Part shown: one piece after another, positions 38,701-49,654 of the stretch
Position numbering within the stretch: the first letter of the stretch is position 1
Layout of the letters: each line of letters opens with the position of its first letter
Assembly: GCA_050273025.1 (NCBI GenBank)
Contig: CP158635.1
Span: forward strand, 20,026,001 to 20,090,000
Source of the DNA: Cenococcum geophilum
Lineage: Eukaryota
Reading direction: 5' to 3'
DNA: 64,000 nt
Position numbers and translations under genes: made by a program
Notes under the pieces: generated by a model
The model's input: only the letters and a program-made list of their open reading frames with translations
Databases searched by the model: none
Told to the model about the DNA's origin: nothing

Positions 38701-40772
38701 TCTTAAGCCTTTAGCCTTTTACCTTTATTAAGTAGTAAGCTAGCACTAGCAGTTATTTACTTGCTTAATTATCTCTAAATATTACTCCTTCCGTCTTATA
38801 AAGCAATGGATACCGTATCTAACGGTATTATAATACCTATTACTAAACCTTGCTCTATAGCGGTTTTAGTCTCTACCTCTATTATATTATTAAGGTTTAA
38901 ATACCCCTAGTTAGTTCCTTTACTATCCTTATTACTATTAATTAATAAGTACTTTAACTCTATTATTATTATTACTAATTATTATCTATATATTACTATA
39001 ATATCTTAATCTAGTTTATAGAGTTAATCTTATTCTTTATTTAACTCTTTAGTTCTTTTAAGTCCTTTTAACTCTAGCTCTTATAGCTAATAGCTTATAC
39101 TATACTTAGCGTCTTTATAAATTTAGTATGCGTTATTATAATAAAACGCAAAACTTCTAATTAAATACTCTTTTGTTCCTTATAGTATACTATTATCCCT
39201 CTATATATATATATTATATACTACTAGTCTAGTTCCCTTTACTACATAATAATTCTAACTACCTCTATAGTCTCTAATAAAACAACCCTATTTTCCGCAA
39301 TTTATATAAGCTCTATTTTTAAACTATTGCTTTTATTATAGAGTCCGCTTAAATATCTTCTACTACTAAGATCCTTAGTTTAGCCTATACTCCCTAGTCC
39401 TATAATTACTTAATTCTTAATTTTTAGGTTTCTATAGTTTCTTACTCCATCTTTTATAGGTTTCTTTAGTACTACTTAAGTCTATTAGCTCTACGCTATA
39501 CTATATTTTCTAATTTAGCTTAGGTTGTTATATACTTTATATCTTATATAACTATAGAACTCTATCCTAGCCCTTCTTAACCTATTCCCCTTGGTAGATC
39601 CTATTATTAATCTTTATTACTTAATCTATTAGTTCCCTTAGGGTATCTATATCTTCTATTAGGATAATTACGTCCTAGACTTTAACCTTAAGTCCCTATT
39701 TATACTATGCTATAAGCGCCTTATTATTCCACTTAACTTATATTACTAGCGTTTAGAACTGCGTTATATCTTAATTACTAAAGTTTATTATATAATGTTT
39801 TAGAGTTTTCTTTTTACTATAGTTATTACTTTTAAATCTTTAAACATTTATATAAGTCGCTCTATAAATCCGCCCTAGCTTAAGAACATAAACTATACCT
39901 CTTAGTTTATAGTTGTTATTCTATTTACTTATATCTCTATAAGGTAAGACTTAAACTATTTAAGTACTCTTTTTAATAAGAATAATCCTATATACGCTAC
40001 TTAATCCATAGGTATTAGTAGCTTAGCTCCTTTTTATAAAACCTTAAAGTATATTTACGTAAGGAATCCTTTAAACTTTAATTTTTTTCTAAAAATCTCT
40101 TAATTAATAGTAGCTTAATCTTTACTGCTTCTATCCTATTAATCCTATTTTTAAGTATCGTATTATCCCCTATTAGTTAATTAACTATCTCTTATAACTA
40201 TCCTACTGTCATAAGTTATTATAAGTTAGTGTTTACTATACTAGTGTTATTACCTAATCTTAAAGTAGTTGCCACCGTTAATAGCGTTATAGTAACTGCT
40301 TTTAGTGGTATATTATTTAACTTATTAAAACCGTAACTATGGTAGTAATTATATAACAAAGCCTTATAGTAGGAACTATGGTAGACTTATTAATAGGCTA
40401 GGTATATAGGTATTATAAATAAGTTAATAACGTAATAATAACTAGTAGAGTAGTTGCCTAATAGATTAACTCTAATTATATTTTAAGAATTACTATAAGG
40501 AAGGAACTATTTAGGTAGGGACTAAGGGTCCTTAAATACACAACCGTACTCCTAAGAAAGTCGTTGCTCTATCTGCTCTATCTACTCTATTCGCTCTATT
40601 ATAGATCTTATAGATTATATAGATTACACAGATTACATTACGTGACTTTGCTTACTATTTCTTATTATATGGTTCTACGGGTTCTATCCTGGACCGTGCT
40701 TATATTAACTAACTAGCTTCTTCTAACTCCTCTCTAAGTAGTTATAACATTGTACTTAAAGCGTTTGTAACA
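32767..40772 (-). mobile_element. Ty3/Gypsy chromovirus LTR retrotransposon, copy 2 (full length, RIP-inactivated)
   Basis: Reverse complement of the 20031-27833 family. TG...CA outer ends, ~421 bp LTRs (32767-33187, 40352-40772), perfect TSD TATTA. Confidence 0.95.
33296..33530 (+). pseudogene. RIP-mutated antisense ORF in the Gypsy 3' region with Zn2Cys6-like cysteine spacing (homologue at ~27070-27305, minus strand)
   Basis: Reversing C>T/G>A changes gives approximately MPKAPSSSSTL...VMPSPCSRCAKEGLVCV.LAGP...PSSCAECTKAN....CDV. Only one Cys codon (GAG TGC ACT) survives intact; the others are TAT/TAC. Confidence 0.55.
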
Positions 40773-41289
40773 TATTAGGGTTAATTACCTAAGCAGCGTA
40801 GGATAAATTAAAAGAAGTTTTAGGCTAGCATACGGACGCAATATAAGCTCCTCTTACTTGTTAGGCGATATATTAGTCCTTAGGTATAAGTACTATACAA
40901 ATAGTGCCTCTAGAACTAGTTATTGTAGTAGCTTCCTTAATATTAATAAGGGTTAAGTTTTAGCATTAGCGCTCTTATATAAGCGTGATTATATAATCCT
41001 GTTATTAGACAATACCTCTGTTGAACTTAATTAGGTATTCCGGTATAAGTTACTTACGTTTTTTAGTTAGGAACTTAGCTTTTTTAATATTCTCCTGTTT
41101 TGAAGCTATAAAAACTAAGTTAGCTAGTAAGAGGGTATTATTAGTCTGTAAACCAACTATTCCAAAACTTATAGTATTATTAAGGTAAAGTAGGCAGGGG
41201 TTATAAGTGAATTGGCTTATGTTTAGTTCTTTAATATAGTAGTTATAGTAAGTCTTAAACCAATAATTGCCTGCCTTAGGAATACCGTA

Positions 41290-41431
41290 TCCCTTGCAAC
41301 GTTAGGGTCCTTAGAGTACGTGGTCCGTGCAGAAACACCACAATATTTCTGAGTACGGGCACCAAATTCAGCCAATCTAATTAGTTGGTTCTTATCGATA
41401 ACCTAAGGACCCAAATTGACGTTGCAAGGGA
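41290..41431. mobile_element. 142 bp MITE, Tc1/mariner-type
   Basis: TA TSD. TIR TCCCTTGCAACGT...ACGTTGCAAGGGA, extended by GGGTCCTTAG/CTAAGGACCC. Splits the Copia RT motif RPLY|GIP. Confidence 0.9.
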
Positions 41432-44050
41432 TAAAGGTCTAACGACCTTTAAAATTATGCCTTATAAGACTCTAAGTGCTGTACTAAGTTTAAGAGGTGC
41501 TTTAATATAAAAGTCTTGGTTTAGTTTCGTAGTTAATTGTATATAGGCCTATAAAATGTCTCGCAAGTAGAGATATATACTATTATTCTAAGTTATAGCT
41601 GTAATGTAAAGAATAAGGCGTTGGCTAACTCGTTAAATTGTAGGTAATTAGGTTAGTACAAGGTCTTTCTTTAGGTTGTTATAGGCCTATATAACTAGTC
41701 TTAACTTCTTAAAGGCTTTATTAGTGCTGGGGTTCTTAATCTTATTAATAAATCTAGAGTTAAATACTCTATTGCCTTGTGGTATATCCTTAGGGTTAAC
41801 TAATTTAAAAACTCCTTTCTTAAGCAATCCCTTAATCTCCTTCTAGCGTAATACTGTAAACTAATTAGGATTTATAAGTTAATTATTATCCTTATCCTAT
41901 AGATAAATTAAGATATTCACGGTATTTACTTTAATAGAGTACTTACGTAGTTTACCTCTTCCGCGTTTAACGGGTTAAGGTCTAGGCTTAGTTTAAGGTT
42001 AAGGTTTAGGCTCGGTTTAAGGTAAAGGTAGTTTAATATTATTATCTTCTAGTTACGTATCTTCTGTAATTTTAGGGTTTACTATATATAGTTTAATAAC
42101 TGTGCTATAGAAGTTAGTGGGTCCGTAGGGAAGTTATATAGTATAGGTCTTATTTTTAATACTAAGTAGGTTATACGGACCAGACTAGTAGCTAGGTTGG
42201 CCCGTAGGTCCTTCTCTCTATACTAATATAGGTAAGTTAAGCGGTAGGTTATAAATCGCGGTTATTTTAGGTCCGTTACGTATATTAAGGGCATCTACTA
42301 CTTAGCGCTTAACTCTAAGCTTCTTAACTTCTTCTATAGCCTTTTTAAGAGCTACTACTCGTTTTATAACTATAGGATTAGGTACGTTGGATTCCACTAT
42401 ATATAGGTAAGCTCTAAATACTAATAAGGTAGGTATAAGACCATTAGGGCCTATAGAGTCGTTAATTGCTTTAAAAGCTATTTATAAAGCTATATCTTTA
42501 TTAATATCCGGTAGTTCCGTAATAATAATATGGTATATATAATGGAGGGGGTTATAGTAATGTTTTACTATTCTAACTAAATTATGGGCTTTAATAGGTA
42601 CGCCTTTTATAACTATTCCGAGTATTATAGCGTATTGTTTAAATTTTTTGCTTATAAAGTTCTTGCTTATATTATATATAATAATATTAGGGGGTCCTAG
42701 GTATGTGTTAATCTAGCACATTTATAGTACATTTTATATATACTTAGCGCTAATGCTTTACAGCTATCTACCGGCTTAAAATTATATTCCTTTATTAATA
42801 ATATATAGTAGAGGTGTGCCATTAATATATATAATATTAACCATAATTAAGTAGTTAAAATTAATATTATTATGTAAGGTAAATCTAAATCTACTAGGCG
42901 ACTTTCTATGTTTTTAATAATAGTGGTAGTAACGTGTAAGATAGTCTAAAGTCTTACTATTAATGTTATGCCCTAAGCGTTTAAGTATTCGTGCAAGACG
43001 CTTAACTAAAGGGTGGCCGAAGCGACGATGTAGTCGTCTTAATTTAATGTTAGTTAAGTAGTAAGGGTTTTAATTAAATAATATAGTTAAGTAGTTATAT
43101 AGGGATGTATTCTAAAGGAGGAATAGATAGCTAAAGTGATATATAACTAGTACTTCGCTCTAAGGGGTAATTAGTATATTTTTTAGGTTATTAAAGTACA
43201 CTTATAGTTAATCTATATCTACCAGGTAAAGCAAAAATAGAGTATTAACTTTAATAATATAAAACTTGATTGTGCCAATTAGGGTAGTTACTTTAGTTAA
43301 TCTAATTAATAAGGTTAATCCGATACCGAATTATACATTAACTATACCTTATATAGTGGTATTAAGTTATATACCAGTATTAAGTCTTTAGAATGCTAGG
43401 AATTAACTATATCCTACTATAAATTATTTAGATACTCCTATATCAATTATTATACCTATAAAGTAGTTTATAGTATAGCGGGACGTAAATATGGTTATAT
43501 TGTAGGTAAAGGGGTCCTAGTTAGTTATAAGAGGTATTATATTATCTATAGTTATAACTAAATAGCTAAAGGCTTTATTAGCTAGGGTAGTAGCTATAGA
43601 AGTTACTTTATGCTATTCTATTTGGCTAAAAGAGGTATAGAAGTGGTTAATGTCTAGTTAAGAGTTCTTATCAGTTGCCTTATAATTTGTGTTAATAGTT
43701 AGTGCTTAAAAAGCTTCCTTAAGCTCTTCTTCTAAGTTAATATCGTTATCTTTGTAGTCCATAATATATTAATTAAGTCGTTTATTAAATTAGTTGTCGA
43801 ATTTACTAAACTTATCTCTATTAGCGGTTCTAAACTTAGCTTTAGACTCTTCTTATTCTTCTTAGGTATAGTTCTATAATTAGCAGCCTTCCTTATTATA
43901 TATAAAGCAACGTAGTTTATAATATAGAGAGAAATAAGGGCGGGTGCGGTCACGGTTATAGTTTTAGTCGTAAGTTCGGTTTTAATATTAGTTATAGTTT
44001 TAATACTAATTATAGTTATTCTCCCTTCTAAAGTACTAACGATCTATATA

Positions 44051-45074
44051 GTAGTAGTAGTAGATTCTTTAATTAACGTCTAATACGGATCCTATCTAGG
44101 CCCACACAGACTACTCCGTACATAAGGGGAAAGTAATATTAACAGAAAAAACCCCTTGCTATTAGGGGGGAGGAAAAACCCTATAAGCCACCTCAGTAGG
44201 ATGAAAAACCCCAAATTACCATGCCTACATAAGCAGCAGCCCTGCGGGCCTACAGCTCGTCCTCCTCCTTAGATATTTCGAACTCCTTAGGAACCACTAC
44301 TTTCTTCTCTAGCTTATTTAAAGCTAGGGTTCACTACGTCCTAGCTAGGCCTTGCCGATCAATTACTGTGTGCTTATAGTTATGCCCCATATCTTAACCA
44401 CCCCTATATACTATCTCTTATTAACTATTACCATATACGCCATACCTTCCCCCCCCCTAAGGCCTATCGAAGGCGTAAGGGGGATTCATCCGTTCTACTA
44501 TCCTAAAACTAAAAGACAAAAGTGGGATGTATATATATGTATCTGGGTATCTTTTATGCCTAGGCCCCAGTCACTAGGCCCTCTCTAAGGGCACCACTCC
44601 GTTAAGAGGAGATAAGGAAAACCGTACGGGGTTATCCAGCTGCCGCTTTTAGTAGTATTATAGCAGTACGGCAAGTGACCGCATGCTCCGCGGGCGATCG
44701 CCCTAGGGGTTAAGAGGGGCCGTATATTTGCTCGTTCGTTTGTTCGTTTACGTTTACTTATTCATTAATATGAGGTTATTGATGCTTTCTACTGGGGGAC
44801 AGGGGGTAATATCAAATACTGTGCATCCATGTTGGATCGTACAGGTGCCCTGGATAGGAGAATGTAGTAGTCGTCGTACTGTAGAGAGCCAACAGTAGTG
44901 GTTTTCAAGATCTCACCATCTGAAAATTTTTCACCACCGCCCTCAACGCCTACAACCACCACAGGTCCTGTCCGCACGCTATGCGACGTCTCTGCGTTGG
45001 CTCTGGATCTGAACTTCGAAGACCAGGTTCGTAGCCGTCACCACGTATAGGTGCAGGGTCCGATTTCGACGGCC
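44051..45074 (-). mobile_element. 1.0 kb non-autonomous non-LTR retroposon (SINE-like) with a (TAC)n tail
   Basis: Direct repeat TAACGATCTATATA(GTA) at 44037 and 45075. (GTA)4 next to the left copy, i.e. a (TAC)n 3' tail on the minus strand. No RT ORF inside. Confidence 0.85.
44992..45074 (-). ncRNA. Putative HDV-like self-cleaving ribozyme at the 5' end of the retroposon
   Basis: P1 GGCCGUC/GACGGCU with G1-U wobble; P2 CUGC/GCAG; P3 ACC/GGU; L3 UAUACGU; P4 CUGGUCU/AGAUCCAG; J4/2 CCAAC. G1 (45074) abuts the TSD. Folded by hand. Confidence 0.72.
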
Positions 45075-46294
45075 TAACGATCTATATAGTAAGCTTAAGT
45101 TTAAGCTTACTTTAGGTTCTGTTTTTTATAAGCCGTAATTAAGGACTATAGTTTATTAATAAGGGGGCCTAGTTCTTAAGGTGGGTCTAATACAGCGAAT
45201 TAGTATACGTAAATTCCCTAGTAAGACGTAATAAGTTTATTAGTTAGGAATAGTGTTGTTTATAGTTCTAGGGTAAGGCTATACTATAGTTAGGAAAGTA
45301 TATTAATTAATATTTGGAGGCAATCACTAGTTAATTTGTCTATATTCTTATCTATTATCATCCTTAATAAAATTATATTCTATTTACTAAGGTTCTTATA
45401 TTCTAAGCCAGGGCCTTTAAAGAAATTGCAAAGGTACCTATAAGCGTCTTTAAATAAGAAATTACTAAGTCTACTGTTAAAGTACTAGTTTAAGGCTAGA
45501 CCTATTAATATAATTAGTAAAGCTTTATTGTAAGCCCCTTATGGAATATTAAATCGGTTATAGATATTATAGAAAATAGTAAGTTTATAATTAAAGCTGC
45601 TATTTATACTATTATATTTAAGTTCCTCTATATACATCTTTGCTGCGTTAGAAATCTCTTTACCCTATTTTAGTATAGTTAGCATCTATAGAAGGGGAGC
45701 GGTTTAGGGTCGTGGGGTTATATACGGTGAAGGTCCTACTAGTGTTCTTTTAGATAGTAGTAGGGTTATAGTCTAGACACTTAATAGTTGTTATAGTTAA
45801 AATAGGGTTATATAAACTGTTAGGTCTTATAATACTTTATAGTTAAGACCGCGCTTAAGTATATTATTAATTTTATTTAACTAAAACCTATTTTTATTTA
45901 GCTTATTATATACCTTATCTAAGTTCTCTTAAGTCTAAGAATATTAGCGTTCTTCCTAGGTTAATTTAAATAAGAGTTGCGCATATATTATGCGTTTCTC
46001 CTTTATGCGTATATATACTCCTCTGTGTTATAGGAAGATATATATACTTTAAAGGTGCTATATATTTACTTTTAAAAATATATTAACACTAAATGTTTTA
46101 AAATTGTCTTAAAAGGAGGATTAAAGTCTATTATCTATTAACTTATACTTATTATATTTCTATAACTTAAATAGTATAAAGTCTATAAGGTCTTTACTAG
46201 TTACCATTTATATATTAATCCCGTTCCTCTATTATTCTATTTCTGCCTTTTAGTCTATAGGTATAGCCATCTTAAAAAAAATAAGGAAGATGCG

Positions 46295-46580
46295 TAGAAT
46301 AGTTTAGGGGATGGTTTAAGTGGTCGTTTAAGGGATAGTTTAAGTAGTAGTTAGGGTGGTTACGTTCTTAGTGTGGTCGCGTTCTTAACGTGGTTACGTT
46401 AACTACTGGTATAGTAGTCTGTCTCTAGTTAAGGTGGAGCATTAGACGTCTTTTAAATCTAGGGTAGATTTAAGGTATTTCCGGGTAAGGTAGAGCGTTA
46501 GACATCTTCCAAATCTAGAGTACTTTAATTCTCTTTAACTAAAATAGGGCCTTTGCAAGGTGGAGCGTAAACGTCTTCTA
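46295..46580. repeat. Short tandem repeats in the Copia 5' leader
   Basis: Repeated GTTTAAGGGATAGT, GTGGTTACGTTCTTA and AAGGTGGAGCGTTAGACGTCTTC units between the LTR and gag. Confidence 0.6.
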
Positions 46581-47788
46581 AGTAAGTATATATCTCCTAA
46601 TCTATACGCGCTTACTAATTAGTATTAGTATAACTTTTATAATGTGTAGAATATATATATTATAATAATATGTACTATGCGGTGTTATAGATAGATGATT
46701 AATTCTCTAAGATCTACGCGTCGTAAGAGGTAAGGCTTGTCGCGTGTTCTCCTGTGACCTCTGTTAACCAATTACGATTTTCCATACCCGGCATAGAAAA
46801 TCGCCATTGGCTCGCTTACCACTAGCGCCTTAGCCGCCCTTACGATGTGTCTAATACTTTTAGCTACAGTAGTAATACTTATTAATTTTAATAAGGGCGT
46901 GTACTAAGATATTTCCTAGTATATAAATACTTATATATGTGAGAATAAATAAAGTATTTTCCGTAATATCTGTATTACGCGCTATAAACCAATTCTTTTA
47001 TATAAATTTTTACTAATTTATTATCTATATAAAATATAAAATATTTTATACGTTAGCTAAGTAGTAGAGTTTTTTTCTCTACTTCTTTTTTATTAAATTT
47101 ATAATCTATATATTACTTAACTTCTTTGGTACTGCGTAGGGTTTATAAATTAATTACTTTCTCCCCTTTTTAATTAATAATAATACTAAATTAGACGATT
47201 AAGATAATTCTATACTATAAGAGCCTCTAGCTAGTTAAAACTATATATATATATTTCCTATTAATGGGATAATCCAGTAGTTTAATTAACTATATTAACT
47301 CTAGTAGAGCTTAAACTATACCCTAGTTAATAAGCTTAAATATTAATTTTACTAGCTATAAGCTAACTATAGAGGCAGTAAAGCCGGATTAGTAGGATAT
47401 ATTAAAAAGAGCTTTATATTTAATTAAATCTAATATAGAAATAGAGCCTCCGGAGCCTTTACTACTAACTATTTTACTTATCTTTTTAAGCCCCTATAGG
47501 TATATAGGATGAATTTAGCTATATTTAAATACTATATTAGGTAAATTAAGGCTAAAATTTAATTAGGTAATATTAATATTTATATATAGGGGGGTGCTGC
47601 TAAAAAACCGCAATAAAATACCATAAAGTTTATACTAATTTCCTAATCGGGACAGCTAGTTGACAGCTTGACAGTCAGCGTACGTTATCCAACAGTCAGC
47701 GGACAGCGAGCGATCCAATTGACGCAGTCAGTCAGCTATTTTTCTCGAGCTCGCAGCTAAGCTGACTGTTGGACACACTGAAAGAGTC

Positions 47789-47815
47789 AATAATAATAAT
47801 AATAATAATAATAAT
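47789..47815. repeat. (AAT)9 microsatellite
   Basis: Read directly from the sequence. Confidence 0.9.
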
Positions 47816-47835
47816 ATATATTCAATCACCCGATA

Positions 47836-48184
47836 ACGTGAGCGATAGGGTTATGACGGTCGGCATAGTTATGACGGTTTGGAACATCAAAACTGCGCAC
47901 AAACGAAATTTGTTAAGAACTTCCATAACTATACCGACTGTCATAACCCTATCACTCACGTTCGTTGTTTGCTATAATTACTTATGTACGGTTGGTGGCG
48001 ACTAAGTGAGATTAGATGCGCGTACTGAATTTAAAATTTTGGAGCGCTCGCCAAAGGGTGGTGCACTCGCTAAAAGGGGCAGTATTTTGGTGTTCCAAAC
48101 CATTCTCGCAGTAAGCCCAATTAGGAAGGCGGTAGTAGCCGACCGTCATAACTATGCCGACCGTCATAACCCTATCGCTCACGT
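47836..48184. mobile_element. 349 bp Fot1/pogo-type MITE
   Basis: TA TSD. Perfect 43 bp TIRs starting ACGTGAGCGATAGGGTTATGACGG. A third TIR copy lies inside at ~47924-47961. Confidence 0.88.
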
Positions 48185-48353
48185 TATATATACGCGTTAA
48201 ATTGAAGAAGTTGGACGATATTTGATAAAGTGGATGATTTAATGATTCGAGGGGAACAAGGGCAACCCCCCTGGACAGGAAACGGCCTGACTTGTCTCCA
48301 AAACTCACAGAATTACGCATTCCTAAACACACAGGTACCGCATCCCCTAGCTG

Positions 48354-49654
48354 CAGTGATGCAACTGGTTTAGTTCATTATTTAGTCTAGTTCGGTTTTC
48401 TAATAATTAAATCCTTAACCGGTTCGGAGCTTTAATTGGCTTAATCTAGATTAGTTTTAAAGCTTTAGCGGTAACTAAGTAACTAATAAAACTAGATCTA
48501 GATTAATATAGAACCTTAGTAGTAAGGATTTAGGTAGGGGCAAACGCCACTATAGAGAGCTAATCCTATTAAATCCATTATAATTCGCTATATAATTATT
48601 AAGCCGTATACTAAGGATCGTTTTATAGTATAGCAATATCTAATTAATCCGCTAAAGCTTTATAGATAAGCGGATTAATCCGTGGTGGTTAATCCTCGCC
48701 CTTATTACGTCACCCTTATTACTGCCCTTATCGCGTTATCCTTACTACTGCCCTCATCGCGTCATCCTTATTACTGCCCTTATCGCGTTGTCCTTACTAC
48801 TGCCCTTATTGCGTTATTCTTATTACTACCCTTATCGCGTCGTCCTTATTGCTACCTACATTACTACCCTCCTTATTTAATACTGTTAATCCTATAGATA
48901 GCTTTATTAATATCACTAGCCAATTATTGCGTAAAGGTAGTAGTAGCTATGCTAGTAGCAGTTATGCGGGCAAGGCTCCTACTATTCCTAAAAGGCGCAT
49001 TAGTAAAGCCTCTAATGGTAGAAAATGGAAGCGCCTAAAGATAACTATAAATATAACTAATCTAGAGTCTTTTACCTATTACAAATCTAAATCTAAATCC
49101 GAGCTAGAGCCTCTACTATTATGCTTGGCGGATAAGCTAAAACAAATTAAGCTTTTTAGGTAGTAGTACTAAAGAACTAATAAAATCGCTGGCTAAAAGC
49201 GTAGTAAAAAAAAGTTATCGTATATATAGGGTAACGGAAAAGGCTTTGTAATTATTTATAAGACTATAGGAGTTAAATACTACTACTGCTGTAAATGCTT
49301 AGACAAGAAGAAGGATACTATATATAAGCCGCTTAGTAAGAAACTCTACTCTATATACTGCCTATTTACTAATTATAATTAGCGCTTAACAGCAATTTTA
49401 CTATTCTTAGCTACTAGAAACAAACTTACTAAATTAATAATAAAGGCAATCCGATTAAGCCTAAAGGAATAATTAAGTAGTATGCTAAGCAGTAGGAGTA
49501 TATCTGGAATATTTAGTTTAAAGCCTTTAAGCTTTTACTAATTCGCTAGCTTATATACTACTATATTGCATACTACTAGATTAAAAACGTCTACTTTATT
49601 AAAATAATTTAGTATATATATAAAGGACTTATAAAGCTAATTCCGTCGCGTATA
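48354..49654 (+). mobile_element. 5' part of a RIP-mutated hAT transposon, cut by a later insertion
   Basis: CAGTG terminus, AATCC/GGATT subterminal repeats, BED-finger remnant (SYI*GNG...YYYCCKC) and FKLLLIR*LI...*IKNVYF...LIPSR, typical of the fungal hAT N-terminal region. Confidence 0.7.

Larger units (their letters stand above)
28799..46868 (-). mobile_element. Ty1/Copia LTR retrotransposon (~6.0 kb net) carrying five nested insertions
   Basis: ~245 bp direct repeats 28799-29042 and 46623-46868. TSD GTAAT/GTAGT. Gag ATG at 46270. Order is integrase (HRRFGHP, ~43020), RT (EIKGLLKKGVF, FNSRF, RVSQRL, RPLYGIP), then RNase H (RITRSVLASELY, EKRL). Confidence 0.9.
28199..47780 (-). mobile_element. 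Degenerate hAT-like element (pieces 28199-28793 and 46874-47780) interrupted by the Copia
   Basis: Inverted CAGTG termini at 28199 and 47780. GACAG(T)CAGC subterminal repeats 47650-47770. BED-finger-like remnant ~46900-47050. No convincing 8 bp TSD. Confidence 0.4.
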
